From assembly GCA_028355015.1 (NCBI GenBank), contig JAOMRN010000003.1:151740-215739 (forward strand): a stretch of 64,000 bases of DNA, in the 5' to 3' direction. Within the stretch, counting starts at the first letter, position 1, and each line of letters starts with the position of its first letter. This document shows positions 39,026 through 47,273 of the stretch, in pieces. Source of the stretch: Methanobacteriota archaeon. Its GTDB lineage: Archaea; Thermoplasmatota; Poseidoniia; Poseidoniales; Thalassarchaeaceae. Made by a program: the position numbers and the translations under genes. The notes under the pieces were generated by a model, which worked only from the letters and a program-made list of their open reading frames with translations, did not search any database and had not been told where the DNA came from.

Positions 39026-39699
39026 ATAAATTCTCCAATATTCCAATCCAAAGGGTCTTTAGGAGTTCTTTTCAAGATTAATTCAATATTAGATAATATT
39101 GTTTCTTCTATTAGTTCTCTTGTAATTTCATCTCCATTTTGATTCATTCTGTAACCTAATTTATCTAAAGATGTAGTTACTCCTAAATCCATGCCACAAC
39201 AAGCCAGATTCTCTATTCGTTGCCCTGGAGTTGCGTAATTCAGAGCTAATCCATGCCTACTTACCCAATGAAGAAATGCCAAACCTATTGAACAAACTTT
39301 TTTTTCATCTACCCAAACTCCCATCATTGCTGGGTCTCTATATCCCTTAATTCCTAAATCCTCAAGAGTTTTGATTACTAGATTTTCCATCTTATTAATT
39401 ATTCCTCTGACACTTTGTTCTTCAGAATTCCATTTAATGATTGGATACAATACAAGTTGTCCTGGGCCATGCCAAGTGATTCCCCCTCCCCTATCTACAA
39501 TTGATTGAGAGTATTCTCCAGAAATCACCTCTCCATCTCTTACTGCTTTAGGCCCAACTGTCACTATTTCTGGATGTTCTACTAGAATTATGGTGTCTAT
39601 GATTTCATCATTAATACGTTTTTTTTGTAAAACTCGCATAGCATCTGAAACCAAACTATGATCTGCAATACCAGCCTTTAGGACTTGTACCTCTCTCAG
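39022..39699 (-). CDS. lipB: Lipoyl(octanoyl) transferase; probable CTG start
   Basis: LVEHP..T.G, DRGGGITWHGPGQLVLYP, KVCSIG, HGLALN, CG. Frame open to CTG 39699, 4 nt after GAGGTGA. Confidence 0.9.
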   Translation of the reverse strand: MREVQVLKAGIADHSLVSDAMRVLQKKRINDEIIDTIILVEHPEIVTVGPKAVRDGEVISGEYSQSIVDRGGGITWHGPGQLVLYPIIKWNSEEQSVRGIINKMENLVIKTLEDLGIKGYRDPAMMGVWVDEKKVCSIGLAFLHWVSRHGLALNYATPGQRIENLACCGMDLGVTTSLDKLGYRMNQNGDEITRELIEETILSNIELILKRTPKDPLDWNIGEFI

Positions 39700-39708
39700 A
39701 AAATCACC

Positions 39709-41145
39709 TCAGGCTGAATGTATTGCGTGCCCTAAAGTTTTCAAAACACTTTCATGAAATGCTTCAGTCATGGTTGGATGGGCATGCACAGTATCTGCTA
39801 TATCTTCCAATAATGCACCCATTTCAAGTGCTAGTACGAATTCTCCATGTAATTCTGCCACATGACTTCCTACTGCTTGTATTCCTAAAATAACATGATC
39901 AGATTCTCTGGCGGTTACGCGGATAAATCCTGCTGTTTTTTCTGCTTCTAGAGTTAATGCTCTGCCATTAGCTGCCAAAGGAAATTTTCCAGTTATTATT
40001 TCTTCACCACGTTCTTCAGCTTCATCTGGAGTTAATCCTACTGAGACGATTTCCGGTTCAGTGAATACAATTGCTGGAATTGCTACTTTATCGAATTCTC
40101 TTTTCTCACCAGATATTATTTCAGCAACCATTTCTCCTTGTGCACTAGCTTTGTGGGCTAGCATTGGTTCTCCAGCAACATCTCCGATTGCATAAACGCC
40201 AGGGGCAGAAGTTCTGCATTGCCTGTCTATTCTGATGAATCTACCTGATGTATCCATTCTGATACCCATATTCTCTAGACCCCAACCTCTGGAATTAGGG
40301 CTTCTACCTACTGTTACTAACACCTTATCTACAATGATTTTTTGTTCTTCCGAATTTTTCTCAAATGTCAACTCGACCTTACTGGACGCTCCTTTACCCT
40401 TTATTTTAGTTCCTCTTGCTAGAGAATTTGTATGGACGGTAACTTTATTTTTCTTTAACCATATTTCTAACGGCCTTCTGATTTCTTTATCCATAATTGC
40501 GAGTATACTATCCATTCCTTCTATGACTGTGACCTCGGAGCCTAATTTAGATAGAGCACAACCCAGCTCTAATCCAATATACCCTCCTCCTACGATAGCA
40601 ACTTTCTTAGGGACTTTCTGTAAATTTAATGCTCCTGTCGATGAAAGAACAAATTTTTCATCACATGGCATGAATGGTAAATCGATATGTGTTGACCCAG
40701 TAGCGATAATGACATTTTCAGCCTCTATTAGAATTTCTCCTTCTTTTGTTTTTACTGAACATTGCTTAGAACTTGTAAAAGTAGCCCATCCATTAATTAA
40801 TTCCGCTCCAGAACTTTTTACCAGTGTTTCAACTCCCTTAGTAAGTCTTCCAACAATTCCATCTTTCCATTCTACAACTCCTTTCATATCAATCTCTGGA
40901 TTTTCATTTATTGAAATACCCATGTGTCCATTTTCTGAAGAATGTTTTGTCAGAGATTCATAACGTTCAGCAGCATGAATTATTGCTTTACTTGGGATAC
41001 ACCCTATGTTTAGGCAAACTCCTCCTGGTTTATCTCCTTCAACAACAATAGTTTCTAAACCAAGTTGTGCAGATCTTATTGCAGCAACATAACCACCTGG
41101 TCCTGCACCTATAATCAAAACTTGACATTTCCGAATCTCACTCAT
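39709..41145 (-). CDS. lpdA: Dihydrolipoyl dehydrogenase (E3)
   Basis: GAGPGGYVAAIR, GGVCLNIGCIPSK, GGGYIGLE, HAHPTMTE; GAGGAG SD. Confidence 0.96.
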   Translation of the reverse strand: MSEIRKCQVLIIGAGPGGYVAAIRSAQLGLETIVVEGDKPGGVCLNIGCIPSKAIIHAAERYESLTKHSSENGHMGISINENPEIDMKGVVEWKDGIVGRLTKGVETLVKSSGAELINGWATFTSSKQCSVKTKEGEILIEAENVIIATGSTHIDLPFMPCDEKFVLSSTGALNLQKVPKKVAIVGGGYIGLELGCALSKLGSEVTVIEGMDSILAIMDKEIRRPLEIWLKKNKVTVHTNSLARGTKIKGKGASSKVELTFEKNSEEQKIIVDKVLVTVGRSPNSRGWGLENMGIRMDTSGRFIRIDRQCRTSAPGVYAIGDVAGEPMLAHKASAQGEMVAEIISGEKREFDKVAIPAIVFTEPEIVSVGLTPDEAEERGEEIITGKFPLAANGRALTLEAEKTAGFIRVTARESDHVILGIQAVGSHVAELHGEFVLALEMGALLEDIADTVHAHPTMTEAFHESVLKTLGHAIHSA

Positions 41146-41156
41146 ATTATATCTCC

Positions 41157-42449
41157 TCACATAAAAATTAGAGCAGGATACTCTAACATTCTTTTTAGTG
41201 CCTGAACTAAAGCGGCACCATTGGCTCCATCTACAATTCGATGATCAAAAGAACTTGAAACATTCATAATTCTCCTAACTACAATTTTCCCATCTTTAAC
41301 TACAGGCATTTCACGTGCCTTGTGTATTCCTAAAATACTTACTTCTGGGTGATTAATTATTGGGGTAGCACCTAGTCCACCATCTCTTCCTAGGCTTGTA
41401 ATTGTGAATGTTGAGCCTGATAAATCATCAAGGCTTGCTGTACCATTTCTAGCTGCACCTGAAACTCTTTGCATTTCTGATGCGGATTGCCAAATATCCA
41501 TTGCCTCTACATGCTTTACGACTGGTACGAATAGTCCTCTGTCTGTTTGAGTAGCAATCCCAAGATGCACCGCAGAATATTGTGTGACAACGTTACTTTC
41601 GTCATTATACAGTGCATTACATTCTTTGTGATTAGGCATTATTTTAGCCAAAGCCATCATTATAAATGGTAAATATGTCAACTTAGGTTGATCATTATCT
41701 CTTGTTGCGTTGAGCATTTGTCTCAATTCTTCCAATTCAGTTACATCAATTTCTTCAAAGTATGAAAAGTGAGGTATTGAGAACTTAGATTTGACCATCT
41801 GTTCTGCAATTTTCCTCCTCAAACCTACTACCTTGATTTCATTTGTATCAGTTCTCTTTGTGGAATAAGAGGTAGGCGGTGCTCCGGTGACTGTTCCACC
41901 AGCAGCAATATATGCATCTAAGTCTGCATGACGTATTCTTCCAGCAGGACCCGACCCAGAAACTACTGATAGGTCTAAATCTGCATCCCTAGCTCTTCTT
42001 CTAACTGCAGGACTAGCTAATATTCTTGTATTTCCACCTGATGAGGCTACTATTTTACTTTCAGTAATTAATTCCACAGGTTTCGGAGCAGGTTTCTTAA
42101 TTTCTTTTGCGATAGGCTCTGGTTTCTTTTCTTCTTCAATAACTGGCTCTAAAGTCACCTCAGGTTCTGGTGAATTTTGAGCTTGATTATTACTCGAAGA
42201 ACCGTCTGTAGAGAAAGTAACTAATGCTGAACCAACGGCAATCATGTCCCCTACTTCTCCACTTAATTCAGTTACAATACCGCCTGTTGGAGATGGTATT
42301 GTTACAGTTGCTTTATCGGTCATTATGTCGACAATTTGATCATCTTCTTTTATTGAATCTCCGACCTTGACATGCCATGCGACAATTTCTCCTTCTACTA
42401 CTCCTTCTCCTATGTCTGGTAATTTGAAAACATAATCTCCCATATTCAT
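41157..42449 (-). CDS. bkdB: Branched-chain 2-oxoacid dehydrogenase E2 (dihydrolipoamide acyltransferase)
   Basis: Lipoyl domain LPDIGEG...MTDKATV, E3-binding ASPAVRRRA, DHRIVDG. Confidence 0.92.
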   Translation of the reverse strand: MNMGDYVFKLPDIGEGVVEGEIVAWHVKVGDSIKEDDQIVDIMTDKATVTIPSPTGGIVTELSGEVGDMIAVGSALVTFSTDGSSSNNQAQNSPEPEVTLEPVIEEEKKPEPIAKEIKKPAPKPVELITESKIVASSGGNTRILASPAVRRRARDADLDLSVVSGSGPAGRIRHADLDAYIAAGGTVTGAPPTSYSTKRTDTNEIKVVGLRRKIAEQMVKSKFSIPHFSYFEEIDVTELEELRQMLNATRDNDQPKLTYLPFIMMALAKIMPNHKECNALYNDESNVVTQYSAVHLGIATQTDRGLFVPVVKHVEAMDIWQSASEMQRVSGAARNGTASLDDLSGSTFTITSLGRDGGLGATPIINHPEVSILGIHKAREMPVVKDGKIVVRRIMNVSSSFDHRIVDGANGAALVQALKRMLEYPALIFM

Positions 42450-43456
42450 TCCTCCTGAGTTTTGCGTATCGCTTCAGATATTCTTGACGGACTTGGCATA
42501 TAATCCCACTCAGTTGTATGAGGGAATGGTGTATCCCAGCCCGTGACTCTTTCAATACGACTTTCTAGATGGTAGAAACAGCGTTCTTGAATTGAGGCAA
42601 CCATCTCTGCACCAAATCCGCTAGTTTTAGGGGCCTCGTGAACAATGACGCATCTCCCTGTTTTTTCTATAGATTTCACAACAGCATCCTTATCCCATGG
42701 CACTAATGTTTGTAAATCAATAAGATCACAACTAATCCCTGAATTTTTAATCGCCTGTTCAGCAACATGGACCATTGTACCCCAAGCAATTACGGTACAA
42801 TCATCTCCTTCCATTGCTAATCTTGCTTCTCCTAATGGTATCTTGTAGTATGATTCAGGTACCTCTGCTTCAGGATGATCTTTCCAAGTAGGTACTTTGT
42901 GAGGGTCGCCATAAAAAGGCCCCCTATAGCATCTTTTAGGTTCAAAGAAAATAACTGGGTCATTATCTTCTATAGCACTGATTAGTAACCCCTTTGAGTT
43001 AAACGGTGTTGAACAATATACTACTTTTAGCCCTGGAGTATGCGTAAATTGCGCTTCAGGTGATTGTGAATGATGATGACCCCCTCTAATCCCTCCTCCT
43101 GCAGGGGTTCTGATAGTAACTGGGCACCAAAATTCTCCTCCTGATCGATGCCTTACTTTGGCCATTTCATTTACAATCTGATCATACGCAGGAAATATGT
43201 AGTCCGCGAATTGTATTTCTACAACTGGTCTCAATCCATTAATTCCCATTCCAAAGGCAGTTGCCGCTATACCACCTTCTGATAATGGTGAATCAAAAAC
43301 TCGATGTTTTCCAAACTTTTCTTGAAGTCCGTCACAAGTTCTAAAAACTCCTCCAAAGTATCCAATATCTTCTCCGAAGAGTATTATTTCATCGTCTTTT
43401 TGTAGCATATTATCCAGTGCACTATTCACTGATTGGACCATGTTCATATTTACCAT
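42446..43456 (-). CDS. bkdA2: Branched-chain 2-oxoacid dehydrogenase E1 beta
   Basis: GEDIGYFGGVFR, EIQFADY, HSQSPE, DPVIFFEPKR, VHEAP. Confidence 0.92.
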   Translation of the reverse strand: MVNMNMVQSVNSALDNMLQKDDEIILFGEDIGYFGGVFRTCDGLQEKFGKHRVFDSPLSEGGIAATAFGMGINGLRPVVEIQFADYIFPAYDQIVNEMAKVRHRSGGEFWCPVTIRTPAGGGIRGGHHHSQSPEAQFTHTPGLKVVYCSTPFNSKGLLISAIEDNDPVIFFEPKRCYRGPFYGDPHKVPTWKDHPEAEVPESYYKIPLGEARLAMEGDDCTVIAWGTMVHVAEQAIKNSGISCDLIDLQTLVPWDKDAVVKSIEKTGRCVIVHEAPKTSGFGAEMVASIQERCFYHLESRIERVTGWDTPFPHTTEWDYMPSPSRISEAIRKTQEE

Positions 43457-43457
43457 G

Positions 43458-44696
43458 TCACTCGTCCCTCCAGCGTTTCATTTCATCCCACTGCTCTAGT
43501 AAATGCCATGGGGGGGTTTCATAAACTTCTGTGAATATTGCATCCGAGGAAGGATAAGGCCCATTAGCTAAATCTCCAAATTTAACTGCCTCTTTGTAAG
43601 CATTCATAACTTCTGAATCCAGTTTATTTTCTAAATCTAGATGTTTTTCCTCAGTCCATATGCCTATTTTTATCAAGTGCATTTTCAAACGATCTATGGG
43701 GTCACCACCTGGCCAGAAATCGCCAGAATCTTTCGGCCTATATCTTGAGGGGTCATCACTACTACTGTGTGCCCCGGCTCTATATGTCAAAACCTCAATA
43801 TGAGTAGGACCTAAATTTTGAGAAGCCCGTTGTCTTGCCCATTTTGTAACTGAGTATAACGCCAAAAAATCATTTCCATCTACTCTTATACTAGGTATTC
43901 CATAAGGCAAGCCTCTTGTAGCGAAATTTTGTATTCCACTGGCGAAATTAGAATGTGTAGAGATAGCCCATTGATTGTTAACTACATTAAGAATTACTGG
44001 GGCCTTGAAGATACTTGCAAAATTAAGGGCATAATGGTAGTCGCCCTCTGCACTTGCTCCGTCTCCGATCCAAGTAATTGTAACCTCATCTAATTGCTTA
44101 TATTTTGATGCTAGAGCGACTCCTATTGCTTGACTAAATTGTGTTCCAACAGGGCTCGAAACTGAGATGTACCTCCCCTCGCGATATGTGTAGTGTACTG
44201 GCATTTGTCTGCCTTTGACATTGTCCTCTTCATTGCCAATGCAGTGACAAATCATACTGACCATGTCTCTCCCTCTAACAAACTGTGCACCTGGTTGCCT
44301 GTAGGTAGGGAACAACCAATCTTGATTTTCCAATGCCATAGTTTGTGCGATAGCAATTGCTTCTTCACCATAAGATCTCATGTAGAACGATAACTTACCA
44401 GTACGTTGCATTTTCATCATCCTTTCATCAAAAATTCTCAATCTAAGCATATGTTCTAATCCGATTATTAATTCCTCTGGTTTGAGATTAGGATTCCACT
44501 GGCCCGAAGCCTCATGTTCATCATTAAGAACTCTAACTAATCCAGATGCATGTTCTCTAGTATCATCTGCTGAACAGCCAATTTCCAATATATCTAGGTC
44601 TTCAGGGGTCCATGACCATTTTTCAAAGTCAGGTCTATCTCCTGGTCTTTGAGGTGCTTCAGGGATGTGGAGTGTCTTCGTCTTCTTCTTCACCAT
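43458..44696 (-). CDS. bkdA1: Branched-chain 2-oxoacid dehydrogenase E1 alpha
   Basis: N-terminal LHIPE..RPG..PDF, GRQMPVHY, TPP motif GDGASAEGD...NN, HSSSDDPSRYR. Confidence 0.92.
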   Translation of the reverse strand: MVKKKTKTLHIPEAPQRPGDRPDFEKWSWTPEDLDILEIGCSADDTREHASGLVRVLNDEHEASGQWNPNLKPEELIIGLEHMLRLRIFDERMMKMQRTGKLSFYMRSYGEEAIAIAQTMALENQDWLFPTYRQPGAQFVRGRDMVSMICHCIGNEEDNVKGRQMPVHYTYREGRYISVSSPVGTQFSQAIGVALASKYKQLDEVTITWIGDGASAEGDYHYALNFASIFKAPVILNVVNNQWAISTHSNFASGIQNFATRGLPYGIPSIRVDGNDFLALYSVTKWARQRASQNLGPTHIEVLTYRAGAHSSSDDPSRYRPKDSGDFWPGGDPIDRLKMHLIKIGIWTEEKHLDLENKLDSEVMNAYKEAVKFGDLANGPYPSSDAIFTEVYETPPWHLLEQWDEMKRWRDE

Positions 44697-44741
44697 GTAC
44701 TCAACACCTACTCCTCACTCATATTTGTTGGCTTTCTCAAA

Positions 44742-45785
44742 TCACAATTTTCCCATTAAATTCAGATGACTGACTGCTGAACCTGTAGATTCTCTTGTCA
44801 CTACTGGTTCCGCTCCTTCAGCCTCTTCGTAAAGTAATCCAGCTCGATAAGACGAGCGGACAAGAGGGCCACTCGCCACTGCTTTAAATCCAATCTCTCT
44901 AGCCTGTTTGTCCCAGTCGGCGAACTGTTTGGGTTCAGGGAATCTATCGATAGGTAGGTGCTTATCGCTTGGTTGAAGATATTGCCCTAGAGTGATCATA
45001 TCAACACCTACTTCTCTGAGTATTTTCATCGCTTCAACTACTTCTTCGTCAGTCTCACCCAACCCTACCATTATACTGGTCTTGATTCTAATATCTGGTC
45101 TCATTTTTTTCGCTTCTTTGAGGATAGTTAATGATTGTTCAAAGGAAGCCCTAGGGTCTCTAACAACACCATCTAGCCGAGGGACACATTCTACATTGTG
45201 TGCAAATACTCTAATCGGCAGGTTTTCTAATAGTTCTGCTAATGCAACAACATTGCCTTCTAAATCGGAACATAATAGTTCTAGACCTACTTTTGGAGTT
45301 CTCTCATTTACTGCCAATAAACAATTTCTATAATGATTCGCACCACCATCTGGTAAATCGTCTCTATTTACTACTGTAATTACAGCATGTGATATCCCCA
45401 TATTTTCGATAGCATCCGCTAATTCCGTAGGCTCATTAGGGTCTAGCATTGGAGGTGTTTTAATCGTACCAACTGCACAAAATCTGCAACCTCTTGTGCA
45501 AACTTCTCCTGCAATCATAAATGTCGCTGTTCCTCGTGCCCAACAATCATGTACATTTGGGCACCTTGCTTCTTCGCAAACTGTATGTAATCCATGTTCA
45601 TGGACATTTGTTCTTGTTTTGTTGAAATTGCTCTGCGCGACACCTGTTGGCAAACTCGTCTTAAACCACTCTGGAAGTCGTTTTCGTTGGGCTTTCCTTC
45701 TCTCTAAGGCACTTTCTCCTCTTTTCTCTCTTCCTTCATTAATTGACAATATGCCGCTATCAATTGTGGGGAGGCGAGTCGTCAT
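44742..45785 (-). CDS. lipA: Lipoyl synthase
   Basis: CEEARCPNVHDC, CTRGCRFC, GQYLQPS, VRSSY. Confidence 0.96.
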   Translation of the reverse strand: MTTRLPTIDSGILSINEGREKRGESALERRKAQRKRLPEWFKTSLPTGVAQSNFNKTRTNVHEHGLHTVCEEARCPNVHDCWARGTATFMIAGEVCTRGCRFCAVGTIKTPPMLDPNEPTELADAIENMGISHAVITVVNRDDLPDGGANHYRNCLLAVNERTPKVGLELLCSDLEGNVVALAELLENLPIRVFAHNVECVPRLDGVVRDPRASFEQSLTILKEAKKMRPDIRIKTSIMVGLGETDEEVVEAMKILREVGVDMITLGQYLQPSDKHLPIDRFPEPKQFADWDKQAREIGFKAVASGPLVRSSYRAGLLYEEAEGAEPVVTRESTGSAVSHLNLMGKL

Positions 45786-45884
45786 TGTTACTTCGAGAAG
45801 GGTAAAGACGAAAACTATTCTCATTCGTTATGTTTGACTTGGGCTTATACAAGAAGTCATATCATGATTCATCTTCGCTGGCTT

Positions 45885-46643
45885 GTGAATCAGGGCGCTG
45901 TGATAGTTACCGGCGGTTCGAAGAGAATAGGTAGGGAAATTTGCATTCATCTTTCTAAAATAGGATTCAAGATACTAATTCATCATAGAAATTCTGCTAC
46001 TGATGCAGAAGAAACAGCGCGAATCATTAGGTCTAATGGGGGTCTAGCCGAAATATGTCAGGCTGATTTGTCAGAATCTTCTAGTGCGAAGAAATTAGTC
46101 CAATCAGCAATCAAAAACTTTGGCGAAGTTTCGGGAATTATAAATAATGCCTCAGTTTTTATCCACGACGATATAAGCTCACTATCTTCGGATTCATGGG
46201 ACAATCATATGAATGTGAATGCTAAAGTGCCAATTTTACTCATCCGTGAAATGTATGAATCATTAAATGATGGAAGTAATGCCTCAGTCGTCAATATCTT
46301 AGATCAAAAGTTATCTAATCCTAATCCTGATTATTTATCTTATACTGCTTCCAAATACGTAATGCTTGGCTTAACAGATTCTTTATCTCGTGGTTTGGCT
46401 CCAAATGTAAGAATCAATGCAGTTGCTCCAGGTCATACTCTCGTTAGTGATTTACAAACAAATGAAGGTTTTTCGAAAGCACAATCAGGTTCGCCTCTTG
46501 GATTCGGCCCTTCACCCGAAGATATTGCAGAGGCCGTATGTTACTTGATGACGGCAAGGGCGGTTACCGGGCAAGTGATTTATGTAGATTCAGGTGAAAG
46601 ATTCCTCTCTCGATCTAGGGATGTTGTTTTTGAAACAGAGTGA
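45885..46643 (+). CDS. SDR oxidoreductase, pteridine reductase / FolM-like
   Basis: TGGSKRIG (Arg typical of pteridine reductases), NNAS, D..., YTASK, VRINAVAPG; directly upstream of folB. Confidence 0.8.
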   Translation: MNQGAVIVTGGSKRIGREICIHLSKIGFKILIHHRNSATDAEETARIIRSNGGLAEICQADLSESSSAKKLVQSAIKNFGEVSGIINNASVFIHDDISSLSSDSWDNHMNVNAKVPILLIREMYESLNDGSNASVVNILDQKLSNPNPDYLSYTASKYVMLGLTDSLSRGLAPNVRINAVAPGHTLVSDLQTNEGFSKAQSGSPLGFGPSPEDIAEAVCYLMTARAVTGQVIYVDSGERFLSRSRDVVFETE

Positions 46644-46647
46644 TTTT

Positions 46648-47049
46648 ATGACCTCGCATACAGATGCTATAACAAATTTATTATCTTCTTACAAGGGGGT
46701 GACTACATTATTTTTGGAAGATATAGTTAGGGATGTAGATATTGGCGTTCATGACTATGAAATCGGCAACCCTCAACGAGTAAGATTTGATATTTATGTA
46801 TTGATTTCTGGAGTCAAAAATCCTGAAAATGATGCAATTGAGGATGTGTTAAATTATGAATATTTACTTGATTCATTAGAAGAGGTTCTATCTCTTGGTA
46901 GGTTTTCTCTCTTAGAATCTCTTGCTAATCACCTAATTAATTCTATTTCTGAGCCTGAAAGTGTTAAGGCTGCGTCTGTAGTCATAACAAAACTTGACAT
47001 TTTAGATGGAGATGGAAGGCTTGGTTGTTCTATGACTAAAACCAAATAA
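46648..47049 (+). CDS. folB: Dihydroneopterin aldolase
   Basis: IGVHDYE...PQRVRFD, LNYE, LLESLA, V.ITK. Confidence 0.85.
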   Translation: MTSHTDAITNLLSSYKGVTTLFLEDIVRDVDIGVHDYEIGNPQRVRFDIYVLISGVKNPENDAIEDVLNYEYLLDSLEEVLSLGRFSLLESLANHLINSISEPESVKAASVVITKLDILDGDGRLGCSMTKTK

Positions 47050-47070
47050 TTAACGCAGATTTTATTCAAA

Positions 47071-47155
47071 TGGTGCAGGGGGTGGGATTCGAACCCACGA
47101 AGGTCTTACCACCGGAGCTTAAGTCCGGCCCCTTTGACCACTCGGGTACCCCTGC
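47071..47155 (-). tRNA. tRNA-Leu(UAA), 85 nt, long variable arm, encoded CCA
   Basis: Reverse complement GCAGGGGTACCCGAGTGGTCAAAGGGGCCGGACTTAAGCTCCGGTGGTAAGACCTTCGTGGGTTCGAATCCCACCCCCTGCACCA; anticodon arm CCGGA-CTTAAGC-TCCGG, T-loop GTTCGAATC. Confidence 0.97.
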
Positions 47156-47273
47156 GGCCCTCGGGCGTAGGAACTTAGTCTTGAATCGCGCGGCTCTAAA
47201 ATGTCCCGAAAATAGATGCTTGGCCGGAACTTATGATGAGAACTCTTTAACACCCTGTGAACAGCCGAGAACC

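Noticed and set aside
39709..39711. Selenocysteine recoding of the lpdA TGA
   Set aside because: LpdA ends at its normal C-terminus (AIH), the position is not a Cys site, and an SD plus CTG start explains the in-frame continuation more simply.
40235..40963. 242-aa plus-strand ORF
   Set aside because: Antisense shadow of lpdA.
47070..47273. N-terminal 68 aa of the 1055-aa ORF in the track (MVQGVGFEPTK...)
   Set aside because: It is the antisense reading of tRNA-Leu and its promoter; the signal peptide and TATA-like box point to GTG 47274.
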